The notes under the pieces are model-generated. The model saw only the letters and a program-made list of their open reading frames with translations, made no database searches and was not told the DNA's origin. From Octopus sinensis (Eukaryota): a stretch of 64,000 nt of DNA. Location: contig NC_042997.1 of assembly GCF_006345805.1 (NCBI RefSeq), positions 145,390,001 to 145,454,000 on the forward strand, read 5' to 3'. The translations under genes and the position numbers were made by a program. Position 1 is the stretch's first letter, and each line of letters opens with the position of its first letter. Below are positions 1-13,970 of this stretch, piece after piece.

Positions 1-64
<64 letters not shown>

Positions 65-292
65 TGTGTGTGTGTGTATGTTTGTGTGTCTGTGTCCCAC
101 CAACATAGCTTGACAACCGATGCTGGTGAGTTTACGTCTCCGTAACTTAGCGGTTCGGCAAAAGACACCGATAGAATAAGCACTAGGCTTACAAAGAATA
201 AGTCCTGGGGTCGATTTGCTCGACTAAAGGCGGTGCTCCAGCATGGTCGCAGTCAAATGATTGAAACAAGTAAAAGAGTAAAAGAGTAAAGA
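1..292 (+). mobile_element. SINE family B, 3' half (internal microsatellite plus tail)
   Basis: (TA)n/(TG)n followed by the tail gcttgacaaccgatgctgg...ggcggtgctccagcatgg...gtaaaagag, which recurs many times in the window. Confidence 0.8.
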
Positions 293-817
293 GTATACAA
301 GCAAATTTCTGTACAAACGCATTGCAAAGCAATTAAAAGGAACATCGGTTTGAAATTATTGAAATTATTGCAGGACCAGCCAGGCTGCATTTTCACAGCA
401 TTTAATTTGATGCTGAAGTATTTGCTAAACTACATCTTGAAAAACATACTTGGAAAAGTCAAAGACGCTGATGGTGTTGGAACAACAAAAGAAATCTCAC
501 GTGCGATATGACTTCAACATGTTCGTTCCTGCAGAATTTCAACAGAATGATCCAGAAGAGTTGAAACTTACGTTTAAAAATTAAAATACCCGACCATTTC
601 AACAATCATTGTTCCACAGAAATTTTCATTACAAAAATTATCAAAAAGATTACCAACTACAAACCTTTCAGAGAATTAATACTATATTGTCAATGGTCTG
701 GCACGCAGCAAATGAAGAATGGTTTTAAATGTGACAAACGCTGGGTAGTGTCATATTATCTTTGGATCAGTAATATATCTTCGTTAATTACGCCCATCGA
801 ATATATTTACAAGATTT

Positions 818-1050
818 GAAGGCGGTGAGCTGGCAGACACGTTACCGCGCCGGCCAAAATGCGTAGCCTTATTTCGTCTGCCGTTACGTTCTGAGTTCAA
901 ATTCCGTCGAGGTCGACTTTGCCTTTCATCCTTTCGGGGTCAATAAATTAAGTACCAGTTACGCACTGGGGTCGATGTAATCTACTTAATCCCTTTGTTT
1001 GTCCTTGTTTGTCCTCTTTGTGTTAAGCCCCTTGTGGGCAATAAAGAAAT
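818..1050 (+). mobile_element. SINE family A, full length, with 17-bp TSD
   Basis: ggcggtgagctggcag head, B-box-like gagttcaaattcc, tail ending aaagaaat; atatatttacaagattt flanks both sides (801-817, 1051-1067). Confidence 0.9.
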
Positions 1051-1184
1051 ATATATTTACAAGATTTATTCAAATATAGCAACAATTTTACCGAGACGCA
1101 GAATACAGAATTAGCAGAACAAGAGAAATTATTCCCTAATATACCTCGATCTTATACTAATGCCATTTATACCATATTTAAATT

Positions 1185-1458
1185 AGCACGAGCAGCACAT
1201 TTTATCTTTTATCGTTAACTCGTTTCAGTTATCAAACAGCGGCCATGTTGGGACACCACCTTAATGGGATTTAGTCGAACGAATCGACCCCAATAATTAT
1301 TCTTTTAAAGCCTAGTACTTATTTTATCAGACTCTTTTGCTGAAGCGTTTAAGTTACGGGAACGTAACCAAACCAACACCATTTGTCAAGCGGTGGCGGA
1401 GGAGAAACTCAGACACAAAGGTACACACACTCACACACATACACTTACACACACGCAC

Positions 1459-1505
<47 letters not shown>

Positions 1506-1672
1506 TGTTAGGCTTCTTTCAGTTTCCGTATACAAAATCCATTTACAAGGTTTCAGTCAGTCCGAGGCTATAGTAGAAGGACACCTGCCCATGGTGACAC
1601 ACAGTAGGACTGAAACCGGAACCGTGTGGTTGGGAAACAAACTTCTTATCACCCAGCTAGTCCTACACCTGT
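1185..1672 (-). mobile_element. SINE family B with internal (CA)n/(CT)n
   Basis: Reverse complement of the family B head and tail seen at 23223-23615. Confidence 0.8.
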
Positions 1673-2674
1673 AATATTGATGTTTTTTTTGTTTCTGTTT
1701 TGTTTTGTTTTGTTTCTTTTTTATTTCGAGCTTTCTTTTCTATGTACCTTCTCTGCTGTTATTATATCGATCTCTGTTCATAACCAGCTGCCATCACGTA
1801 CAACATCCCCTCGGGCTCTTTGAATATACTTGTCTCCCTTTCTCTCATCACCTATGCTGTACTCAACCCTCAGACCCTCACACACTAAACACTACACTGC
1901 GTCCTTGTTTTCCAGAACGTCAGTTCTCAGGAAATCTCTCCCAGCGTATGTTTTCTGCTGCTTTTTAAGCAGAATGTTAGTGACATCAATCTCGCCGGTC
2001 TTGTAGAGCAAACGAAAGAGCCATGGTTATAGCCTTACCTCCGGAATTGTCCAATAGACAGACAACTACAAAAGCACTGAAATCTCTCAAACTGAGTTGT
2101 CCTCATGGTGCTTCCATGAAGATAAATGGTTTCAATATAACTCAATGAAGCTTTACGGAATATTTTCACGGCCATATGTCTATTGAGAATACATGAAATA
2201 TATCATAGATATTAGTATAAATATTACGTTTGTGTATTTGTTTTGCAGATTCTTGATGTGAAATCGTATATTGAGACAGATATTAATATACTTCAGGATG
2301 GTCGATTTTTCTTGCCAAATAAGCAGACGCACAATATCGTTCTTCACTTCAGATTTATTATTATTCTTATTTTTCTGTCCTTTGTCTGAAATGTTCTGTT
2401 ACACATCCTGTGACCTCTTCAGCGACTCTCTATCTCATCTGTCTCCTCTTGTCCTGTTTAGTCCGTTCTGTCTTTCTGTCAGACCATCTTGAAATATAAC
2501 AATATTATAAATAGTATGATTTTATTTACTGAGTGTCTCTTCGTTTTAACTGTACTTGTAAATCGTTATATTATTGTTCTAAACCGAATATCTTCTTTCA
2601 CTTATATTGATCGTACAAGAAATATTTTTGCTCTGTCTGCACATGCACACACATATACATTCTCTTTACTCTTT

Positions 2675-3102
2675 TTTTACTCTTTTACTTGTTTCAGTCA
2701 TTTGACAGCGACCATGCTGGAGCACCGCCTTTACTCAAGAAAATCGACCCCAGGACGTATTCTTTGTAAGCCTAGTACTTATTTTATCGGTCTCTTTTGC
2801 CGAACCGCTAAGTTACGGGGACGTAAACACACCAGCATCGATTGTCAAGCGATGTTGGGGGGACAAACACAGCCACACAAATACATACACACACATATAT
2901 ACATATATATATATATACATATATATACATATATACGACGGGCTTCTTTCAGTTTCTGTCTACCAAACCCACCCACAAGGTTTTGGTCGGCCCTAGGTTA
3001 TAGTAGAAGACACTTGCCCAAGGTGCCACACAATGGGACTGAACCTGGAACCATGTGGTTGGTAAGCAAGCTACTTACCACACAGCCATTCCTGCGCCTA
3101 CA
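2675..3102 (-). mobile_element. SINE family B
   Basis: Same head, microsatellite, tail architecture on the minus strand. Confidence 0.85.
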
Positions 3103-3419
3103 TATATAATACACACACACACTATGGTGATTGCCACCTCTCTACAGAATGCCATATATGTATATATACGTGTATGTGTGTATGTGTGCGTGTGTGTGTG
3201 TGTGTTGGGTTTCGTAAAATCCTCAAAGAGAGTATAGTGAACATACCGTGGGGAGCACAAAGCAGCACAGTGTTTCGGACAGCGTTCCTCTTCAGCGAAA
3301 AGTTGGCAGGAGAGAAATTTAAGAGAGACAACAGTGTTTTATAGCCTCTCAGAAAATCTGGCGGCAACTTATGAGGAACGGAGGACCACTGGAGCTTACG
3401 AAGACAGGAAAAGTAGAAG

Positions 3420-4475
3420 AGAGAAACAGAGCGAAATGTTTGTATGACGATTTGCAGACAAAGGTAAGTAAAGCTTCTAATGTTAAACTATTTCTGGCGA
3501 GTAATGGTTGATTTCAAAGGTTTAAGAAGCGGTTGGATTTGCTCAGCATAAAAATGACTGGCAAAGCTGCCAGTGGTGATACGATGTTACTAGTAATTAT
3601 CCTGCGACTGAAAGAAAAGAAAAAAAGAATTTTCAATGGTGCTACACGCCAGAGAATAGATAGGATGTTGATGAAAGGGTACGTTTTTTTTTGTTTTTTT
3701 TTTGCAAGCTCACGTTTGCTGGGACTTTTATTTCTCAAGAAAAGAAAAACAACATCATAATTTAAAGCTTCAAAAAGGTCACCTGATGCTTCTTCCGAGA
3801 TGAAATGCCGCTGGTAATATGAAATTAAAGTTCCCACTCGTATATCATTTGAAAAATCTAAAGGTTTTCAAAAGTTACACAAAGTTTAATTCGCCTCTGA
3901 TTTGGCATTCAAATGGACGATACAGATGACCAAGAGTCTTTCTCGAAGAGTGACTAACAAACACACATTTTGTCCTTCTGTAGAAAGTAGAGTACCAGGT
4001 AATATTTCCAACAGAGCATTGCTCTTTTTGGACGATTCACTAAGCTACCTAGTGAACTCAAATGTGAAAGTAGAATATATGCCTAAGAATGCAAGTCCTA
4101 ACCTAAAGATCAAGTTGTGATAATTAATTTCAAATCGTGTTATACAAGGACTTTGAAGCAACATATGAAAGCAATTACTAGGGGGATTTTAAAAAAGAAA
4201 TTCAATTTAATGGATGATGTGGATAACATAGCTGAGTCATGGGATGAAATGAAACCTTCAACCTTGATTTGTGCTTGGGAAAATAAATGGCCAGATTGTA
4301 TTGGATACTTTACAAGTATTTTACCACAAGCAGAAAGTCTACATCAAATTCGGAAAGCTATTGTCACTTGTAAACGACGTAAGGTCAACGAGGCTGATGC
4401 AAATGAGTAGCTAGTGACCCAGGGAAAAAGTTTATCTAACGAGGAACTTTTGCTATTAGAACAGAAACAAACTGG
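3420..4475 (+). pseudogene. Tigger/pogo-like transposase pseudogene (HTH-Tc5 plus DDE_1)
   Basis: Interrupted translation RAKCLYDDLQ...FLASNG*FQRFKKRLDLLSIKMTGKAASGDT...FCPSVES...RALLFLDD...IINFKSCY...DNIAESWDEMKPSTLICAW resembles Tigger transposases; many stops and frameshifts; TIRs not found. Confidence 0.85.
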
Positions 4476-4494
4476 TGTATGTTTATTGAACGAA

Positions 4495-4645
4495 AGCACC
4501 ACGAAAGCTCCACGATGCTCCGGCAGGGGGTGGTGGCGACCCCAGTTGTACTCTTTCGCTCCAACTTTCTCTCACTCTTTCTTCCTGTTTCTTGAGTAAC
4601 GCTGAGATGGACTGGCGTCCCGTCCAGTTGGGAGGCACACATACG
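4495..4645 (-). mobile_element. SINE fragment (family C variant)
   Basis: Internal segment matches 15800-15900 in reverse orientation. Confidence 0.5.
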
Positions 4646-5381
4646 CCACAGGCTTGAAAAGGGCGAAAAAAATTTTACGAAATCATCGAACACTTTGCAT
4701 AAAAACAAAAACAAAAAGAAACGGAGACAACTTCAAATATAAAGAAAGTGAAAGTATACAAAAATAAACATTATTTTCCATCTTACTGTTAGTTTTTTTT
4801 GTTTTTTTTTCATTTTGAAAAATAAAAATCTATTTTATGGTTTCTCATCGTTTACATTTTGAATTATTTTTGTTTACACTTTGAACCATTTACAAATACT
4901 TGAGGGCACCAGAACCTTTTAAGTGCTTAGGGCCTCTACGGGTCTTAATCCGGCCCTGCTGCAAAGAGTATTGCTAAAGAGTTGGCACTCGCAAAGTGGT
5001 TTAGAATAAGTACTGTTCTATATCGAGCTGTGCAAAGTGGTGCTTCAACATAAACATCAAACAATTTTGGATAAGTATCAAGTAGATGTTGATGATGAAT
5101 TAATTAAAAGAAAATAGTATCCCTCATCCTCCCAGTCATTCTCATTTCACCACAACCCCTTCACACAACAGTCAAGAACGTACCCTATTACAATATTACA
5201 TTTCTTATCTATTCCCTAATATATTTCTCTTCAAATGTTTTTATCTATAGATATCATAGTATGTTTCGAAATTATTTTCGGAAAAGTGGTTGCATTGCTT
5301 GTTTATTTTTGTTGTTATTGTTGTTCGGAAAAAGAAAACTTTGTTGGAACGCATTCTCACTTTATAATATTAATATCAAAG

Positions 5382-5825
5382 GGCGGTGAGCTGGCAGAAT
5401 CGTTAAGCACGTCGAGCGAAATGCTTAGCAGTATTTTGTCTGCCGCTAAGTTCTGAGTTCAAATTCCACCGAGGTCGACTTTGCTTTTCATCCTTTCGGG
5501 GTCGATTAAAAAAGTACTAGTTACGCAATGGAGTCGATATAATCGACTTAATCCGTTTGTCTGTCCTTGTTTGTCCTCTCTGTGTTTAGCCACCTTGTGG
5601 GTAGTAAAGAAATAGGTAGTTCGTCTGCCATTAGGTTCTGAGTTCAAACTCCGCCGAGGTGGACTTTACCTTTCAGGGTTTCGGGCTCGATTAAATAAGT
5701 ACCAGTTACGCATTGGGTCCAATGTAATTGGCTTAATCCCTTTGTCTGTCCTTGTTTGTCTCCTCTATGTATGTCCCCTCTATGTTTGTCCCCTCTATGT
5801 CCCCCTTGTGGGCAATAAAGAAATA
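5382..5825 (+). mobile_element. SINE family A tandem (full copy plus headless second unit)
   Basis: The tail aaagaaata at 5614 is followed directly by the internal sequence ggtagttcgtctgcc and a second body and tail. Confidence 0.85.
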
Positions 5826-6193
5826 GATATGAATATCAAAGAGAAAATTCATTTCGCGGTACGGGACTTTGCGTTACGACAAGAGTTTCAGGAATATATT
5901 CCCCTTGTAACGCAGGGAATACCTGCACACACACACACACACACACAGAGACTGGTTCTCACAAAGCTACTTTACGGACAAGATAATTCGATGCCTTGTA
6001 TAAAGTAGAAATATTGTCCATAACTTATGGCTATTTTGTACCTCGTTACTCACAATTTTATGTCTGGAGAGGATTATTAGACAGGTGTGGCAGGTACTGA
6101 GAACACCAGCACGGTCGGATGATATATGGGTGGATGTATGATTGGATGGATACATGGATGGATAAGTCTATCTATATATGTGTGTGTATAAAC

Positions 6194-6231
<38 letters not shown>

Positions 6232-6256
6232 TGATAAAAATGGTAAGACAACAAAG

Positions 6257-6289
<33 letters not shown>

Positions 6290-6329
6290 AAGAGAGGAAG
6301 AGAGACAGGCAAATAGATAGATAAATAGA

Positions 6330-6353
6330 CAGATTGATAGACAGATTGATAGG

Positions 6354-6421
<68 letters not shown>

Positions 6422-6425
6422 GACA
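6330..6425. repeat. (GATA)n microsatellite
   Basis: Direct observation. Confidence 0.95.
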
Positions 6426-6502
6426 GAGATAAAACAAATATATAAAATAAATTATAGAAACATTAACATGTGCGTATGTATGTATGTATGTATGTATGTA
6501 TG

Positions 6503-6535
<33 letters not shown>

Positions 6536-6538
<3 letters not shown>

Positions 6539-6688
6539 TGCGCGCACGAGGGTATGTGTATGAGTGTGTACGTGTGTGCGTGTTTTGTTACATAAAGTCT
6601 GTATTCGTATATGTTCTACAAACTTATGTATAATATATTCACAGACTTTCTTATTACAAGAATACATTTACATAAATGTGTGTGTGTA

Positions 6689-6725
<37 letters not shown>

Positions 6726-6891
6726 TATATATATATATGCATGCGCGCACGAGGGTATGTGTATGAGTGTGTACGTGTGTGCGTGTTTTGTTACATAAAG
6801 TCTGTATTCGTATATGTTCTACAAACTTATGTATAATATATTCACAGACTTTCTTATTACAAGAATACATTTACATAAATGTGTGTGTGTA

Positions 6892-6925
<34 letters not shown>
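6536..6925. repeat. 203-bp tandem duplication with identical unique core
   Basis: gcatgcgcgcacgagggtatg...catttacataaatgtg starts at both 6536 and 6739. Confidence 0.9.
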
Positions 6926-6927
<2 letters not shown>

Positions 6928-7346
6928 CACACACATACATACTTTATCTACATATAGATACATTTATTTACATATCACCCTCGGATTAGATGTAGACATC
7001 AACAAACAATAACAGACAGACAGCGACACCTCCACCGCCAAAACCCACGACGACCACCACCACCATCACCACCACCACCACCACCAACAACAGCAACAAC
7101 AACTATGTCTTTTACCTAATTACATAGTTCTCTTCGTCTGTCTACATAAGTTGTAATCTATTTAGAAATAATTCTACATAATTATTAGTTTTATTAATCT
7201 ATCCAAGCGCTCTTCAAACTCTTTCTTTCTGTCTTCGTCCTCACAATTTATTCTTATTTTATTTTATTTTATTTTAATTTAATTTAATTTTATTTATTCA
7301 TGTCTCTGTTTCCATTATCGTCTGTTACTATTATTCTATTTTCCCT

Positions 7347-7347
7347 G

Positions 7348-7420
<73 letters not shown>

Positions 7421-7429
7421 GTCTGTGTA

Positions 7430-7460
<31 letters not shown>

Positions 7461-7573
7461 GTCTGTGTATCTGTCTGTCTGTCTGTCTGTGTATCTGTCT
7501 GTCTGTCTGTCTATCTATCTGTCTGTGTATCTGTCTGTCTGTCTGTCTGTGTATCTGTCTGTCTGTCTGTGTA

Positions 7574-7608
<35 letters not shown>

Positions 7609-7665
7609 GTCAGTTTGTCTGTCTATCTATCTATCTGTTTGTCTATCTGTCTATCTATCTATCTA
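7347..7665. repeat. (CTAT)n/(CTGT)n compound microsatellite
   Basis: Direct observation. Confidence 0.95.
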
Positions 7666-9189
7666 CCTTTCCATACTTTCCCTACACACACACACACACG
7701 TCTCTTGTCTGAATTTCCGTTTATTCTTCCCATAGATGACCATTTCCTCTCCCACCCCCAATCCTCCGTTTTGTCTGACGCCACTACCACACCACCACCA
7801 CCACCGCCACCACCACCACTGATACCCCACCCTCCCCTTCCTACTGTAATGGCATAGCTGCCTGTGTTCGTCATCTTTATCTGAACTACTGACACGAAAT
7901 CTTCTTGTAGTCTGCCACTGCCTGTCTGCCTGCCTAGCCTACCTTCAACTTGGTGTTGTATCTATTCTGAGTCACATGTACTTTTACGTAATCTTAGACC
8001 GACCTTAACAGAATATGTAAGTTGATGTCGTTCGGCGGCAGACAGTAACTAACTATTCTCAACTGCACAGTCACTAGAGTTTATTGCTGTTGTTGCTAAT
8101 GCTGCTAATGATGCTGATGTATGCTGCTGCTTTGCTGCTGTTGTTGCTGCGGTTGCTGCCTGCTCCTGCTGTTGCTGCTGTTGATTTGTCTGTTGCTGTT
8201 GCTAGCTGGGATCCTCCCATTTTCATCGCTGACGTCAAGAGTGTAGGCTGTTTGTTGTAAAGGGGACGGGGCGGAGACGGCCTAGTCTGTATGTAGTGCG
8301 TCGGACTAACTGCTTCGTTGTATTGCGTGTCATCCCACATGCATCTGGGTTCAAATCTCGCTAGAGTCGACTTACCTTTTGCCCTTATTATGTCAATAAC
8401 ATCAATACTCGTAAGATACTGGACGAATCAATCAGCTATTTTTACATTTTCCTACAAAGTCGAGTTTTATGTATCTTGAAAATAAATCTGTATTTCTCGC
8501 TGCAGACAATTCTCTTCGGTTATATCACTTCTGTAGTCTAGCGGTTAGTTTTTTTAAGGAACCTTTATATAATTTTCAAAAAAATGCAGAACCCGTCCGT
8601 AGTTTTTACAGGTAGTACTCACCGCTTAAACTTTAATATTAGATAAAATAAAATTTGTTTTAATTAAAGAGAGAATTTATTCTTTTTAATAAAAGTAATA
8701 ACTTTATAAAGGTATGGTAGTGTAGTTAAGAAGTTCGTTTAGTTACCACGAACTTTGTGACTCATTTCCACTGCGTGGCACATTGGACTCGAGTCTTTTA
8801 TAGCTCTGGTCCGAGCAAAGCATTGTGAATGAATTTAGTTGACGAAAACCATGTAGACGGCCGACGTTTGAGAGTATGTGTCTCTTTACGTTCGCGTTAG
8901 GGCGGAGGTAAGGAATATGGGCACCACCCGTTTTCGGCGTAACTATAAACCCTAATCGTAAACCTTAAACACCGGGAGTACGTATTCTTGACTTTCGCCC
9001 GCGTTTGTCCCCTGTCACCGTTTGATAACCGGTGTTGCCTTGTTAAAGGTCCCCGTAACGCCGTAACGTAGCGGTTGGACGGGAAAAAAAATTGAAAAAG
9101 CACATAACTTTAAAAAATAAGTACTAACGGTGATTTGTTCGATTCAACACTTTAAGGCGGTGCCCCAGTATGGTCTCAGTCCATGACTG

Positions 9190-9402
9190 TGTGGTATGAG
9201 ATTTGCTTCCCATTGGCATAGTTCCCTGTTCAATCTCACTTGGGCAAGAGTCTTTTATCAGAACTTCGGGCCGACCAGAGTCTTGTGAGAGGATTTGGTT
9301 GACGGAAACTAAAAGAATCGTGCCCTATACATACATACACACACACATACATACATACATACATGCATATATATGTGTGTGTGTGTGTGTGTGTATATAT
9401 AA

Positions 9403-9443
<41 letters not shown>

Positions 9444-10040
9444 TATATATGTATATGAATTTATATAAATATGTATATATATATATATATATGTATGTAT
9501 ATATATGTATATATATATATGTATATATATGTACATATATTTATATATATATATGTATATATATATATGTGTGTGTATATATATATGTGTGTATATATAT
9601 GTAATATATATATGTATATATTTATATATATATATAATATATATATATATGTATATATATATATACATGTATGTATATATAATATATGTATGTATATATA
9701 TGTATATATTTATATATGTATATATATATATATACATATATATATAATATATATATATATATATGTATATATATCTATGTATATATATATGTATATACGT
9801 ATATGTGTATATATTTTTATACATATATATGTGTATATATATATATGTATGTATATATGCATGTATATATGTATATATATATATATATGCATATGTATAT
9901 ATATATATGTATATATATGTATATGTATATATATAATATATGTATATATATATGCATATGCATATGTATATATATGTTTATATATATGTATATGTATATA
10001 TATATGTATATATATATATGTGTGTGTGTGTGTGTTTATA

Positions 10041-10079
<39 letters not shown>

Positions 10080-10330
10080 TCGTCTAAGTGACCATAAGTC
10101 AGAGAAAAGGATGCACTCGTATAAATATTTAATACTACATATTTCGATAATAAATGCGTTTGCGGGTGGGTGTGCGCGCGCGCTTATGCCCAGCAACACC
10201 GCTTGACAATCTTCGACAGAAGACACTCACCGGTCTTTAAACGAATAAGTACTGGGGACGATTTGTTCGGCTGAACCCTTTAAAGTGATACCCCAGAATG
10301 GCCGCAGACCAATGACGGAAACAAGAAGAT
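9190..10330 (+). mobile_element. Degenerate SINE family B with ~750-bp internal AT microsatellite expansion
   Basis: Head at ~9190-9325, compound (TA)/(TATG) tract at 9326-10077, tail remnant at ~10190-10330. Confidence 0.65.
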
Positions 10331-10859
10331 AATTTAAAGAATAAAATAAAACAACTTTGAGAATGGTGTTTGGTCATTTTAAAATTTTATATTTCATAAA
10401 CTTTATATTTATTAAATCGTATTTAAAGTAGCTTATTTCATAGAAGTTCCAAAGTTTTTCACAGAATTCTAAGGTTCCTCAGAACTTATTCTGGCAAACG
10501 CTGCTCTAGAGAAAAGGATGAATGTTACAATATTATATTTATACGAAATATATCAGAAGTTTAATGTTTCAGTTGTTGTTAAGCGATGTTTAAAGACACT
10601 CCAGTGGTGAATGACTCTTCCGTTACATTATCCGATATATCTTCTGCATTTCTCAAAAAGAAAAGAGTATGTTATTTGAGGGAGATTTGGGTGCTTTTTC
10701 TGATACGTCGAGGACTAGCGAGGGGGTTCTCATTGATGCAACATCATGTAGTGAGAAATCAACAAATCCTTCGACATAAGCTACCAGAATCCCATTTCCT
10801 TTCACATTTTATATATGTATACGTATATATATGTGAAGAGAGAGAGACAGTTTCAAACT

Positions 10860-12020
<1,161 letters not shown>

Positions 12021-12467
12021 CAGTCCCAAATGCTATAGAGTAGTAAAGTTGCTGGCAAACCGATGATTCCGAGACCCGGTTTCGTTCTCGGGTGTAGGAC
12101 GCTTTACTTCAGAAATATGTTAATGCCGTTTGAGAAGAGGGGGAAAAAATGCGCAAACGTTGCAAGCATCCTCTTCCTTTTACTCCTATAATTATTACAC
12201 CTTGTCCCTAAGTGAGAAATCAATAGTGTAAGCTGGTGATATTACGTCTGTTTTATTTATTTATTTATTTATTAGTTTGTTTTTTTTGTAATCTTTTTTT
12301 TTTTCGTTGTTGTTGGTTTAGTTTTTTTTGTGTTGTTTTCTTTTTTTTTTTCGTAATTACGTTGGTTCTTGTAATTGTGATAGTGATAGTGATAGTGATT
12401 GTTGTTGCTACCTTGAATAAAAAAACTCCCCCGCTAGCCCCCACTGTTACTACGACGGCTGCTAATG

Positions 12468-12519
<52 letters not shown>

Positions 12520-12536
12520 TAGTAGTGGTGGTAGTG

Positions 12537-12583
<47 letters not shown>

Positions 12584-12585
12584 TA
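12468..12585. repeat. (TAG)n microsatellite
   Basis: Direct observation. Confidence 0.95.
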
Positions 12586-12749
12586 TTGCAGCACGGAATG
12601 AAAACGACGTAACGAAAAAGCAATAATAACAATAACGACGTCACACACACTGCCTTCCTTCTTTGAAACAGCAGCGTAGCAAAACCCAGCTGCTTTCGGG
12701 GTATCGGGAGCTTCCAGGAAAAACAAATAAAGAGAGATGAATTAAGAAC

Positions 12750-12767
12750 AATAGATAGATGATAGAT

Positions 12768-12830
<63 letters not shown>

Positions 12831-12833
12831 TAA

Positions 12834-12876
<43 letters not shown>

Positions 12877-12885
12877 GATAGATGA

Positions 12886-12929
<44 letters not shown>

Positions 12930-12930
12930 G
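12750..12930. repeat. (GATA)n microsatellite
   Basis: Direct observation. Confidence 0.95.
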
Positions 12931-13529
12931 GAGACAGAAAGATAGAGAGAGAGGGAAGAGAAGGCGAGGGAGAGAGATGTGAAGTAATTTAAAGTTGGTG
13001 GTGGTGGTGATGATAGTGGTAGCGGTTGTGATGGCGGCGAAGTAGCAATGGAAAAGAATGAAATGTTTTAATATTAGAAGAGAGAGACTGAAAAATCAGT
13101 TAACAGCTGAGAGGAGGCAAACTAGAGGAGTGTGGGAGAAGGAAAGAATGAAAGAAAGAGAGGGGCAGAGAAAGAGAGAGAGAGGAAGAACAGAGCGTGT
13201 AGGGAAGAGAAAATTCAATAAACGATCGAATTATGTAAAAGTACATTTCAACATCATTCTGCGTACATGCGCGCGCGCGCACCAAGTGTGCATATACATA
13301 TATATATATATGTGTGTGTTGCTGTGTATGTGTGTGCGTTTATGTGCGTAATGCTTCTAAGTTGGTGTGAGTTTGTGAGTTTGTGTGTTGATCGTGCGTT
13401 GGTTTCTGTGTGAATTTGAACCTTTTTGTGTCTGTGTATGTGTGTGTATTTGTATATTTATCATAATTTTGTATGTGCATATGCGAAATTTGTGTTATTC
13501 AATGAGAAGTTCATTCACATATGTGTGAG

Positions 13530-13970
13530 CTTGTATGTTTTCCCCTTGTAACGTTTCTCGATGTGTGAGTCTATGCGTTATTTCATCATGCGTTCGTATA
13601 TGTGTGTTTGAGTGTTATTTGTTTCTATGTGTGGGTTCATGTGTTAGTAAATGTGTGAGTTTGCGAGTTCATCTGTTTCTATGTGCGTTCATCATGTATT
13701 TGTGTGTGTATATATATATATATATGTGTGTGTGTGTATGTGTTCGTACGTTCATGTGTTTGCATATGTGTGAGATTGGTTAGTTCATCTGTTTCTATGC
13801 GAAAGTTTGTGCGTTCATCTTGCGTTCGTATATGTGTAAGTTTGTTAGTTCGACTGTTTCTATGTGCGAGTTTGTACGTTCATCGTCTGTTGTTTCTATG
13901 TATGAGTTTTCGAGTTCATTATCTGTTTCTATGTGCGTGAGTTTGTGTGTTTATCATATGTTTGCATATG
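13530..13970. repeat. Degenerate ~30-bp GT-rich minisatellite
   Basis: Recurring gtgtgagtttg...gttcatctgtttctat units. Confidence 0.6.

Noticed and set aside
2249-2390. Acceptor-like ttttgcag followed by a 46-codon open frame
   Set aside because: No recognisable protein similarity and no matching donor; expected by chance in AT-rich DNA.
3464-3469. Strong splice-donor-like GTAAGT
   Set aside because: It lies inside the continuous Tigger transposase reading frame.
4944-4958. hAT-like terminus cttaatccggccctg
   Set aside because: No partner TIR or TSD was found, so no element can be delimited.
8074-8340. 88-aa minus-strand ORF and a signal-peptide-like plus-strand frame
   Set aside because: The composition is explained by the CAG/CTG-rich repeat, with no domain; kept only as part of a low-interest island finding.
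8890-9110. GC-richer insert with aaccctaatcgtaaaccttaa inside a SINE B
   Set aside because: Possibly a Helentron-like fragment, but its termini could not be defined.
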